This document shows positions 1 through 12,131 of a stretch of DNA of 64,000 bases, one piece after another. The stretch lies in NCBI RefSeq assembly GCF_038025025.1, contig NW_027117345.1, positions 992,001 to 1,056,000 on the forward strand. The letters run 5' to 3'. Position 1 is the stretch's first letter, and each line of letters begins with the position of its first letter. This DNA comes from Phyllosticta citribraziliensis. Lineage: Eukaryota. The translations under genes and the position numbers were made by a program. Under the pieces are notes generated by a model. That model saw nothing but the letters and a program-made list of their open reading frames with translations. It did not search any database and was not told the DNA's origin.

Positions 1-3000
1 TTGGCCGTGACGCTGAGGCGGTGGAGTTGGCCCTCGTGCCCTGACTGCCCTGGAGAGGCTCCTGGCCAAGAGGGTGCCAATTGACATGTTGGCGGGGATG
101 CAGAGCAGATGCAGTCAATGGCGGAGGGCAAGGGCAAACACCACGCGGACCAGTCGACAGAGGCGAGACGTCGACGCGAGAGTCGTGACGACGGTGATGC
201 GGATGATCAACACGGGGATTCGATTCGAGTCAATCGTCGCTCCGCCAAAGCGCCGCCGCGACTCAAGCACAACCTCAACCGGCCAGTCTCGACCATCCCC
301 CATCCCCATCCGCATCCCTTGCCAACTCTTTTTGCTCTCCATCCCCGTCGTCTCACTTCAGCTCTGCCTCGACACAACAGCCAGCGGCCGCCGGTCAAGA
401 AGGTCCAAACTCAGAAGACGCGGGCAATCAGGCTGAGACACAAATGATCAACTGTGGCAGGCGGGCCGACGCACATCACTTCATATCCAACGACCGCCGA
501 CTGCTCGACTCTTGGTGCCCTTGTTCCCCTGCTTTGGACGGCTCTCTGGTCTGGCTGCATTTCTGGCCGCTTCCACACCACGACGCCACGTGCGGATACC
601 ATAGTCGGCCTGACATGCTGCTCGCCCATGTGGCGCCTCGAGGGCTTCCGGCCAAGAAGCTCGAGCTCGAGCCCCGTCGTCCATTGCCTTCCATCTCGTC
701 CATCGAACAACTTGAGGACGCCACCGCGGCCGGCCGGACGGGCGTGCGTGCTGCTTTGGACGCTCGGAGTCGTCCGTTCATCTTGCTGCTGCGAGCAGTC
801 AGCCTGCCAGCATGCATACCCGCAGCCTGGCCATGCAGTTCTTGAATCTCGCGTGTGCTTGCATGCCCATACATTGCTGAGAGGCCAAGAGGCAAGTCTC
901 GCGGGTTCCCCCCCAATCCCTGCTTCCCATTGTTTTCTTTTTTTCTCCGTCCATCAAAATTGCTCCTATCGCTTCCCTGCCGTCGTCGATCTGGCATATT
1001 GGCATCCAACCACCTCGTCCATCTCATCCGCAGTAGCTGGTCGGCACGATAATCCGCAATCCGCTCCCGCCCTGTTGTGCACCCACCACCGCACACCCAC
1101 CTCCAGCATCGCCAGAAGTCCAACTCGTGGGGCGTCTCGAGGAAACATGAATCATGTCGCTCGCTGCCCATCACGCCGTGCACCCACCCGCCCACCCGAG
1201 CACGTCTGTTTCGTCAAACACCCGTCCTCTGCATTCCCCGCCGCTGCATCGGCCTGTTGCACTCTGAGTGGACGGCATGACATTCATGTATGCACGTGGA
1301 GCCTCCTTGCTTGCTTGTCGCCGTGTGCGCGTGGCAATGATGTGTCTGGCCCTTCTGCGGGCACGCTATTCAAGTGATACGTATGTAATAGGCTGTTGAG
1401 TCTTGTCCCTCAACACTGCGGCGCCGGAGCGTGCTGGTTTGGTTGGACGTCTTGTTGGGCGAGCGAGATTTGTCTGGGCTAAATGACTTGCTGACTCGGT
1501 CAGTGGACATGCACATGCTGGAGCCGTACCACATTTCCCTGCACGTAGCCTCCTTCTCCGGGCTCGGCTGTGTAGATGAGTAGGGAAGCAGGTAAGCGTG
1601 CAAGAATGGGAAGGGAATGAATGCGGGACAGAAACACTCCGAGAGAAAGGAGTTGTCAAGCTGCTAAACGGCATGCTGTTCACGTAAAAAAAACACTTCT
1701 TCCCCTGTCCCGAAGCGGGCGTGGGATGCTTCCATTGCCGCGGGGAAGACAGCTTCTCAGGAGGCTCAACCGCTCGCCCACACGCCCGCATCCAAAAAGC
1801 ACATGCGCATGCGCATCAGCGGGTCCAACAGCAGCAACCACCACTCATTCGCCAGTAGCCCCAGCAGGAGCTGGATCGGGAGCAATCCACGCCCTCCTCC
1901 CAGGACCAGAGCTTTACTCTCTCATGTGCGTCTGCCCAACGTTAGGCCAAAACTCAGGTAGGCACCCAGCACGCCCACCCATCCGCGCGTTCGACGTGAA
2001 GCAGCACTGGGCACCGTACCTTCATCCGGTACAGTAGAGTACCTGCTCGGCCATACATACATGCAGCACTGCTGCGCGCAGTACGAGAAATTAGGTTCGC
2101 GCAATCTACGCGAGGCACCTGTAGTACGCACAAGATGACGCATGGATGGAAGAACTGGTCGAAAGAAGGACAGACACACAGGAGCCGTGCCGCGCCCGCT
2201 TACCCGCCCCGCCCGTCCGCCCGCCCGTCCTGCCGCGGTGGTGCCGTCGCTGGTGGAGGGTGGAGGGTGGGATGGACAGTGAGTGAGCGGTCAAGGGGGG
2301 ATCGGGGGGTGGGGGGAAATTGCCGTAATGAGTACTCGCAGAGAGATGGCAGAAAGGATGGGGAGGTGGCGAATAAGGTGGCGATGGAAATGAGGCGAAT
2401 TTTGGGACGAATTGGGCCGAGCTGGATGGAATGGTTCCTAGTCTGTCCCGAGCCATGAGCATAGGGTGGTTCTGCTGTGGCGGCCAAGTGGAGGAGGCAC
2501 TGTCGTGATAGGGGATGGCGTAGAGAGGGTTAGAGCGTTAAGAAAAGAAGAAGACAGGTGATGATGATGGTGATCAAGGCTCTAGACACGGCCCCTGGAT
2601 ACGAGAATGAAGCAGAGCTCTTTCTTTTCCTCGTTTTTTCCACTAAGGTTCATGTAGTGGTCATACTGCACTGATGCCGTCAAGTCGCCACATCCAGTTC
2701 TCCTGTATTCGAGAAAAGAGAAAAGGGATCGACCGACCCCTTGATCGGTATGTTGGACATGGCGACTAAAGAGGAAATCGAGGCCCAGCTGGCTTGTTTA
2801 GTTGATGCCACTGTTGTCAATTCTGTGAAAACAATCATGTGTCTTTTGTATTCTCGTAGATGGCGGTGATGACAATACTCGATGAGATACTCACAAACGC
2901 AGGCAAGCAGTTGCCAGATCCGACATGTTCAAAACCAATGACCCGATATAAAGAGCCGCCACCGAAACAACACTCACCATAATCTGTTGAGGACAAGAAG

Positions 3001-6000
3001 ACAAAGTGAGACACAATTGTCTTACAGTGCAAACTGCCATCCATACTACATACCTTATCCGCCACACAAACCAGGCAGGCAACCGCCAGAACAAGGATGA
3101 ACCAACGCAGAGGCTCCAGCTCTAGCCAGCATGCCAGCGCTCGGCAACGCTTTGGGACAGGCAGCCAGGCTAGCGTGGCTTCGTGCCCAAGACCGGGGAC
3201 GGAAGTGGAAGCATCCGCGACAGCGACAGGGTCAGTCTATGTAGCCCAGAATGTCGTCCGTTGAACATCTGTCGGTAATTATGTCATGGCCAGTGTACGT
3301 ACTGCACCTGAGTTGAGCTGAGCTGAGCTGAGCTGCTCGTACCCACCGTCTTCCTTTACGACGACACGGAACTTCTCTTGGCCCAAGATGCTCGTGTCTG
3401 CTCTAGGTGCCTGCCGCGGCCGCGTCTGTGAGGAACAAGGACGGGAGAGTCGCCGAGGCTTGCTTGTCGTCTTGGGGTTCTTGCGCTTCGCTGATGCCAT
3501 CCGGCAGCCCATCTTGGAGGCTGAGTGGTATCAGAAAACGGCAAAGATGAGGCAGAGACGGGGAGATGGGAGGCCGGAGACGGGGCACCGAGGACCGGAG
3601 GCGGGCTGATGGTACTGCCGTGTGTCGTGTTTCTTTGCTGTTTTCATTAGTCTGGACAGCTGATTTCTAACTTACCCACTGTCGGGAAGCGCTGTACCAT
3701 CGTGACGGTCCAAGGTTGCCCAGAATTTGCCTGGCAACGCCTTGGCGTTGAAAAAAGCAACCAAATAGGCTGGTGGTCGTTTTGGTGCCCGCAGACGACT
3801 AATGACAAGATGCTTGTTGGGCGGGGCAGCGAGAAGGGCAAAGGAAGCCACCTGTCCGTCTGTTTGGCTGTTTTGCTGCCTTTGCTCCCGCCTGCTCGTC
3901 CCCAAGGAATTCGACAGCAAAACACGAGGGGTGCAGCTCCCGTCTTAGGGATGAAGAATTTCGCGTATGCATGTAATTGCAGCTGGAGCAGCCAGAGAAG
4001 CATCGGGGTCCCCTTGCATTGCGCGCTTGGCGAGCAGGCAATCGCCGCCGCGGGTTGAGTGCAGAATTGCCTCTGGCCGAACCCCAGATCCCGTCTCCGC
4101 TTTCCCAGGGTTCCTGACTGTCAGGCAAGGAGGGACGCCTTCCTGCTTCTACCGTACTGCTCTGCTGTCGCTGATGGTAATCAGTTTCTGGCTGACGGGC
4201 ACGGAAATCACTCGAAGCTTGCTCCAGCCGGCTATCGCAAAAACTGGAATCTTGGTGTAATAGAAAGGAAATTGGTCCTTGAGCCTGTTAGCAATGAAGA
4301 CCGTGTCCCGCAATTGCTGCGAAGCGGCTCGAAACTGAATTGTGGGCCCGCCGCATCCCGAGGCGGAAACACCAGATCTAAGGCACGATTAGGACCGCAA
4401 ACACGTCGCTTCGGACCGCAGCTAAGATCTGGAAGCCTTGATGCACCGTGTCGAGAGGCAACCAGCCAGCCGTCCAGGCAGTCAGCCAGCGAAACCAGCA
4501 CAGCGCACAGCCGCCAGCGTGTGGCTATTCTTTGCGACGCCGCGCGCTCGCACCGTGCCATCGTGGCGCTCGCTCTGTTGGACGGTCCAGGGGCCGAGAA
4601 CATTCCAAAAGAAGAGGGAGTCGTCCTCACTCGTGATTGCAGCCAGTCAACGACCTGACCGTGGAGAGTTTAAAATAGCAGACCTAGCGACTGACGTTCC
4701 CGAGAAGGGGAGGAGCTAAGACCATATCTCGGTACTTGCGTGCTTTTAGACTCGCGGAATCATCCTCGTCGATGGGGCCTTGGCTGCGAGCTTCAGGGAG
4801 GGAAACATTGCTGGAAAGGCAAAACAACAAACAGCAAAGAATTCGGTGGAAAATGGCATGTGTTGTCCATCAACAAGTCGTCGAATTTCCTGTGCACATT
4901 CGTAAGCAGTGTGGTGATCCGTCGGCTGTGTGACAGCTTGATGGAGCCGTCAGCGCCCTCTAGCTGCCGAATCCTTCAAGGCGTCGGATCCTTCTGACTG
5001 CGCATGTTGGAAGCTCCCACGCCAATGGGTTGGACACGAGATATAAATCATCGCACCATGCGAATGACCAAAGGGGAGCCCCACTTTTGAATATGGTCCT
5101 GAACGGACGCGTGTCGAACGACCGAAATGCTACCAATGACTGGTCGAGTTGGCTTTGTATTTTGCGCATAAACTTGACCATGGCCCAAGAGATCATCGCT
5201 TGCAGAGGAGCAGCATTCGCGTGATAGCGGCCACGCTACGTATCGCCCGTGTCGAAAGAAGATGGTGAAAGTATGATCATTCGATTGCGCCGAAAGCCGT
5301 AAGCGAGGTGTTTGAGAGCCTTCAAGAAAATCTGCTAACTGATAAGCGGTGAAGCACGATACCCGTTCGCGGGCAACATGTCCGCTTGCCTACCGTGTTG
5401 TTGCTCTGGAGAGCACGGTGTAGAGATTTTACGGGTGGCCGCGGGCATCATAAACATGCAGGGCATCTGACTCGCGCCCCTAAATCCGAAAAATGGGCCC
5501 ACGGGGACGCGGAATCCACACACAGCCGGGCATGGCAAACATCAGATAATCAGACCCTCGACAAGATCTGTGGAGAAGGGATTGAGGCCGCCACTCGATT
5601 GGACAGCGCGAGTGATGGACAATCTGACTTGCTGCATTTGCGGCTCCATGCCGCGCAGGATTTCGAGAGCCGTGCTCGGTAGCGTGTTTCTCCAGAGGCC
5701 AAGGAAGGGTCATTCAGGGTCATTTGGTGACGTACTGATGCGCGCCTTTGGTGATTGCTTATGGAAATAATGTGCATACGGCCAACAGTGCGAGTCAAGA
5801 CCTGCAGCCGAGATCACCATTGACCTTCTAAAGACAGTAGGAGCTGCACTTGCGGTTGACATCGGAGGGTCACGGGTGAGGCGTCAAGGGCCGAATTGGC
5901 TGGTTGACCAACTGATTGACGTTAGTTGTCCGCGCAGTGAGGCGGCGCGTGGTGATCCTGAGCGCGAGCACAAAGGGTGTCGAAAGAAACGATGCCTTTT

Positions 6001-8893
6001 GGCACTGCGGCTGCATTTGGGGAAGATCAATTTTCGGCCATAGTTGGGACAGGAGCTGTCACCACATTTACACCCAGGGCTGGGGAATGTCATTTCTTTC
6101 GACACTCCCTGTGGAGACGAGTCCACTTGCGTGCTTGGTGGAGGACATGCTGGTCGGCTCGAAAAGTATCGTGAAACAAGGTGCAACCCCGAAGTAGGTC
6201 CTGACGACAAATCTTTTGGGAAAGAGGAGATGGTGGCTGCAGGCGTTCGCAGGGAGGCATGCGGGTATCAATCCACAGCGGCAAAGCCGTGAGACAAAAG
6301 GAGCAAAGTCCGCGGCTCGCTGGCCAGCACGAATCGGGAGAGCAGCTTGGGTTGTCGTCGAGAGCAAGTTGTCCGTCTTCCGAGCCGGGAAAAGGGTCTT
6401 TTGTGATTCGCGCCATGGATGCTCCCCATCATCACGCCAAAGATAGGGGCAGTCTCTGTAAACCCGATAGGACTTGACTCGGGCGACCATCGGAAGCGTC
6501 GTGAACGCTGTTACGGTGGCAATTCTCGTGGGATCAGCAGCTGAAGGCGAGGATGGAACATGAGCACCAGCACGCTGCATGGCACTGGCACAAGACCAGT
6601 TCGGAGCTGCGGAGAGTGCTGCCGCGGGGCGAATGCTGTAAAACCCCACGTTCGTATGGGCTGGTGATGTTGACGTCGAGCAGTCAGCGTTGCCGTCCGG
6701 CGCATTAGGCATGTGCCATGCATTCCGGCGAATTGGCTGCCCGCGACTGCAGGGACTCTGACGACGCCGTGTGACGAGCAGAGGACAAAGAGCACGATAG
6801 AATGCTGACTGTCCACAGCGATGAGAGGCCGGGATGTGCTGCGCGGGAAGAGGAAGATTTATTGATGCCGACGGTGCCACGGGTACCCTGACCAGCGAGA
6901 TACTTGGGCAAAAGTACTAGAGAGGTTAGTTCAGCATCTGGTGCCCAAGGTCAGTAGGAGTATACCTTGAAGATGTGGACTCTCGGCAACAACGAGATGC
7001 GGTCCGTAAAGGCGACGGTCGTCACGGTCGCCCTCGCTCGAGATCAGCTAGTTTTGTGGTAGGCTCCGTTTCAGAAACATTCCGATTCTTCGCAGCCGGG
7101 GGGCTTGCTCTGCCGCTCTCGAACGCGGGAGCCAAGCGGGAGTTTTTTTTTTCATTTTTTCATTTTTATTTCCTTCCCTTTTCCTTCTCCTCGTGTAGCT
7201 GCAAGGCGTCGAGCTATTGCGGGATGAGAGGCAGCATCCCTGCTTGTTCGGTAGCGGCGGTCTTTTGCAGCGCGTGGGCAATGGCTGTTGAACCTGACCG
7301 GTTGCATATCCAGCGGAATGTCGCGCGTCATCGGAATTCTCACAAGCCGCCACCCTGGCAAAGGCCCAGAGGCCAGCGTCGACGGGCGAGATCTCGATGG
7401 AGGGAGAGGGTACGTGTCGAAGCCGAGCAGAGGCTCAGCAGGGAGAGCGACGCAAGCGGGGACGAAGTTTGTTCACAGCTGCCAGGGGAAACCGCGTCGC
7501 CGCGGCGCAAGGGACTGCGGCCAATTACGCAGCTTGACGAATTCCGGGTAAATGGGCGCAATCCCGACGAACAGGATGTTTCGAGAGACGGTTAGTCGGG
7601 GAGTTGATGACATGGCCATGCTGTTGACGGCCAGGCGTTGACCTATGTTGGAGGCTGGGGAGGAGAAAGGTAGGTACGTAGGAAGGCGCCTCGAAGAGCG
7701 ACCAGGTGTTTCACTGCAGGGGGGTCGCGCTCTCTAACCACAGCACGGCGGCGTAAAAGGCACATGTAGGTACATGGTCGACATCAATGCCTACATGTAC
7801 ATACACAGTGTATTGTAGCAAACATGACGCTGCAAGCAAGGTAGGGCGGTGGATTTGGTAGTTCCATTCTGGGCATTGCGGGCATTTGTTTGCATGCTGA
7901 CAGAGAGCAGAGCAGAGCACATGCACGGCGGGATGCTGCTCTCAGCCAGACGCCACGCAATGACGCTCGCTGGACCGACTGGACGGCAGGATTGCAGCGT
8001 GGCTTGTCATGGCGGCATCTAGCATGGTGGGTGGTTCCCTTGGTGGCTCCGAGGACTCTGACACATCAGGCGAAGGGGTGCCACCATCTTTCGTTTCCCC
8101 GTGGAGAAATTGGTGTGTTCTGATGATGATGTAGAAGGCTCCGGGCGCCGGAGATGAAGTACTGAGGTGCTGTACAAAACCAATTCGCCCCCAGGGGCTC
8201 CACAGGACCTGACTCGGACGTGCTGCGGCTCTGCTATTTCTCCGCAACTAGCAGTCCTAGGACAGGACATAGGACAGCCAACCCGGTGATAATTATGTAT
8301 GCCCACAATTGCGGGCTTATCACGCCAGCAGTCTTGCCGGGCAGTGTGGTCTGGGGAGAGGACAGGGGAACCGCCACCCCACCGAACCATGGTGCGTGTA
8401 GGGAGACGTCGACGACCGGGTAGCGCCATGGCCACGCCGCTGAAACGTCCAGCTGTGAGTGCAGTCTGGAGTCTGGCGTCGGTCGTAGCAGTCGGTCATG
8501 ATGTCCTGGTGGTTTTGTCGAGGGGGGGGTTGCGCGTTATTCCCGACCCGACTGTCGCGGCACAGCGGGGAGGGACACGAGGGCCACTTGACGGCGACTT
8601 GACGTCGATACGGTAACTACATGTAAATAGCTTTGGAGTGGGAGTCGTGGAAGAGAGAGAGGTATGTAAGATGAGCAGCGCCATGGCCTGTGTAGAGGGT
8701 AGACAGCGGCGCAGTCTGGGTTTCGATGCCTGCCAGCGCAGTGGCCCTAGTTCGTTGTCCCCGGTCGCCGTCTATTATGCCCTGCCCTTCATCCCGGCAT
8801 CAGGGCCTCCGCCTCCGCCCTCCTGCTCTGCTCTGCTCCTCTCTCTGTCTGCCTGTCCTGTCCTGTCCTGTCGGTCCTGTGCTTCTGCTCTGT

Positions 8894-8897
<4 letters not shown>

Positions 8898-8924
<27 letters not shown>
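8898..8924. repeat. (CT)n microsatellite in the BNI4-like promoter/leader
   Basis: About 13 perfect CT units, read directly. Confidence 0.95.
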
Positions 8925-9301
8925 CCGTCGCTCTCCAACAACGCGACACAACCCAACCAACCTCGCCTCTCTCCCTCTTCTTTTGGATTCTTCCTCGCTC
9001 TCCTGTCCCTTCCGCGCCCCGAGTCTCGCGCCCCCGACGACCCCCTGCGTCCGTTGGTTTGCTCTCTCGCCGCCGTCCAAATCCCGCTCGCCGCACAGCA
9101 CCCTCCAATGCACGTCTGACAAGCCAGGCATCTTTGCCTCATCCGGGGCACCTACGCGCTCGCTGCCACCTCTCCTCGCTCCACCTCCACCTCCAGCTCG
9201 ACTCTTTCAACACCTTCCGCCTTGCCTTCGATACCTGTTTTAATAAACCGCTGCCTCGTTGCCATTGGCCTAATCAACCCCCGGGCTCTCCACTGAAAGG
9301 G

Positions 9302-9546
9302 GTATGTAAACTTGCACCCTACAACGCATCGCCTGCTTCACCCACTCCTGCACAACCGGCACCTGCCCTGCCTCACTCGTCCCCCTAACCTAACCCGACC
9401 CGACACTCGACCTCGACCATCGCTCCCAGTCGGGCTCCAACACCTCGCTCGCTCGCTCGCTCGCTCCTTCACGCCTGCCCACTGCGTGCTGTCCTGTCCT
9501 GTCCTGTCGCGTGCCTAGCTAACTAGTCCTCTGTTCCCGCTGCCAG
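9302..9546 (+). other. Probable 5'-UTR intron of the BNI4-like gene
   Basis: GTATGT donor at 9302, GCTAAC branch point at ~9519, pyrimidine tract and CAG at 9544-9546. It lies in a CT-rich leader 163 nt upstream of the ATG at 9709. Confidence 0.6.
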
Positions 9547-9708
9547 ATCGCGCAGTCGTCGATCCTGGAACCTGCCTGCCGACCGTCCTCTCCCTCCACC
9601 AATCTACCACCACCACTCCTCCTGCACACCACAGGCACCCGCTGAGTCGACCACCAGCTGCCTGCCGACGACCCTGAGAGCCTCTCCGCGTACCTCCTCT
9701 ACGCTCAG

Positions 9709-12131
9709 ATGGCTGAGGTACTCGCGCCCATTGTCCAGCCAAACACCTCCATCGTTATGCTGCATACCTCGACCGCTGCCGACTCCCAAGCCCACCACCA
9801 GTCGCCACGGTCCTCCCCTCAGATGCCACGCACCCAATACTACAATACCAACAACGGCGGCGTAGGCTATCGAGGCCCCTCGGCAACGCCCGTCCAAGCG
9901 TACGCCTTTCAATCCACCCCTCAGCTTCGCCAAGAGAACCGCTCTACCTCCGCGCCTGTGAACCCCTATCAGCAGGCACAGCTCTTCCAACCTGCCTCGG
10001 GCCCTAACAACCAAGGCCACACAACTCACCCCTCTTCCTCGTCGGGCTCGACCGCCTCCTCGGCCTCGTCGAACCTGTCATCTACCGGCCAACGCACCGG
10101 CTCCAAGGACGACTCTGCCCTGACACAGCAGCGTCTCAAGTCGGCCGACGACTTTGCGAGAGCAAATCCAAACATGGAACCACGGCCGCTCTCGGCCATC
10201 AACATTTCGACCTCTGTGCCTGACCTCACCCTCACGGCCTTTGACTCGTCTGCGAAACCCTCGCCCGATCGGTATCGACGTGCTCGCAATGGCTCAGGCC
10301 CCGCCAGCCCTCCACTGCCTCAAGAGGCACGCTCGGCTACTCCTTCAGGATCTGGAATGGCGGGTGTTGCACATTTATACAAGGGCGCCCCGCAGCGGCC
10401 GGCCCACTCCAGGACTGGCAGTGCCGACGACAGCACGCTGTCTCGGTCAAGTTCAGAGCTGGCCAAAAGATACCGACGGAGGAGCATGGGCGGCTTTGCC
10501 GAAGGCAGCTTGCCCAGCTCGCAGTCACTTCAGTTGACTTCGGCAACGACGTTGTCCCCGCAACATGCGCGACAAGAGGTCAAGACTGGCAACACGAATG
10601 GGCTTTCGTACCACCACCACAACACTAGCGAGCAAAGCGTGTCTTCGGGCAAATCGTCCAATCGACCCTCTTCGGTAAGCATCTGCCGGCACGGAATCTA
10701 GACGATTTTCAGAGACGGCTAACACCACGCTAGGCCAAGCGTGATCCGAACGCGCAAAGCTCCCACCGGTCACCTTCACCCAAGATCGATGCCCGCCAGC
10801 CCGCTGTACCAGCCCGCGGCTCCTCGGTTGACGCTGGCAAACGCATGGCGAACCCTTCACCTCTCTCCAAGCCCGCCACCGATGCCGAGTCGACGGCCCC
10901 TCGACCGAGCTCTGGCAAAGCTTCGGATGCCACTGCCGGCGCGAAAAGTCCGGCTCTCGAACAGCTTACCGCCTTGAACGACAAGGAAGCCGCCAACAAG
11001 GGCGTCAAGTCGAGGCTGAGAAGGGCGTTTTCATTTGGCAGTGCTGCAGAGCTTCGCAAGGCTACCGCCGAGAACAACATGACGGACAAGGCACGCTCAA
11101 GAGACGCCCAGTCCGCCGCCGAAGACATTGATCCAGAGGATGCGGCCATTGCAGCCAAACAGGAGGCTGCTGGCATCGGCAACAGCATCTACTCGGGCCA
11201 AGGTGGCGTCTTCTCGGGATCTACAGACAACTTGTCCATCTCGTCGACCGCATCCTCTGCGTCAATCATGCTGCGAAAGATGGGCAAGGGCATGAAAAAG
11301 GGGGGTCGCTCGCTCAAGGGACTCTTCAGGCCAAAGTCTGTTATTGGCGTGCCGGCTGCGGATTCTGCCGTGCAGCCTAGCGTCGCACAGGTTTCGATGG
11401 TTACCGTGGAAGCAGAAAGAGAAAAAGTCAACGTGAATGCCAGCCCCTTGGAGCATGGTGGAGGCACCGGCTTTCCCAAGCTGGAGCGTAACTCGGTCGA
11501 CACCTCTTCTGCGTCTGAAAGGCCGTTGTCAGTTTCGGGAGCCGGCGCAGATTCATCAAGGAAGAGCATTCTGGGCGGCGAGAAGGAGCGGGCTGAGGTC
11601 TTGGCAGCTGTGAAGAAGGGTATCCTGAAACGTAAGCCAGATGTTGAGTTTGCGCTTGGGCTGGAACTGACGGGCACAGGTACGGGTACTAGCTCTGACA
11701 GTCCTTCGCCGCAAGTTCGCCCCGCAGATGGAACTCCTGGCTTTACCCACAACCAGGACACGCCCAACTCGAGCGCCCCCAGCACGCCTGGCGATGATCG
11801 CCATGCAAACGACTACTTTGTCGGTGCATCACGCCTCGCTGCAGGAAGCACCAAGAGCCTGCCCAGCACCGCTCACGGCGGACCTCGGAACATTTCCTTT
11901 AGTCCCCGCATCCAATTCCACGACGCTTGGTCTAGCTCCGAGTATGACAGGCGGGGAGATATTGCCACCTGCAACCGTCTGACGCCAATGCTGGCGCAGC
12001 AGATCAAGGAGGAACTCAACTCTTTCAAGATGGTCAGTGCCACGCGTTCCCGCTCTAGTGCTTTGTCTTCTAACACCTCGCAGGAAATGGAAGTCCATGA
12101 GTTGTCCAAACCTCACACTCATTTCTTCTAA
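9709..12131 (+). CDS. BNI4: BNI4-like protein (PP1/Glc7-targeting scaffold), Ser/Pro-rich
   Basis: Exons 9709-10674, 10734-11631, 11680-12032, 12084-12131; all introns GT..AG with branch points and frame preserved. C-terminus KGILK...RNISFSPRIQFHDAWSSSEYDRRGDIATCNRLTPMLAQQIKEELNSFKMEMEVHELSKPHTHFF matches the Bni4/phactr-type PP1-binding tail. Confidence 0.85.

Noticed and set aside
1..8700. Many 60-300 aa ORFs on both strands (e.g. 454-1377, 2106-2462, 6068-6880)
   Set aside because: Arg/Ser/Pro/Cys-rich translations typical of GC-rich non-coding DNA; no motifs, codon bias or consistent exon chain.
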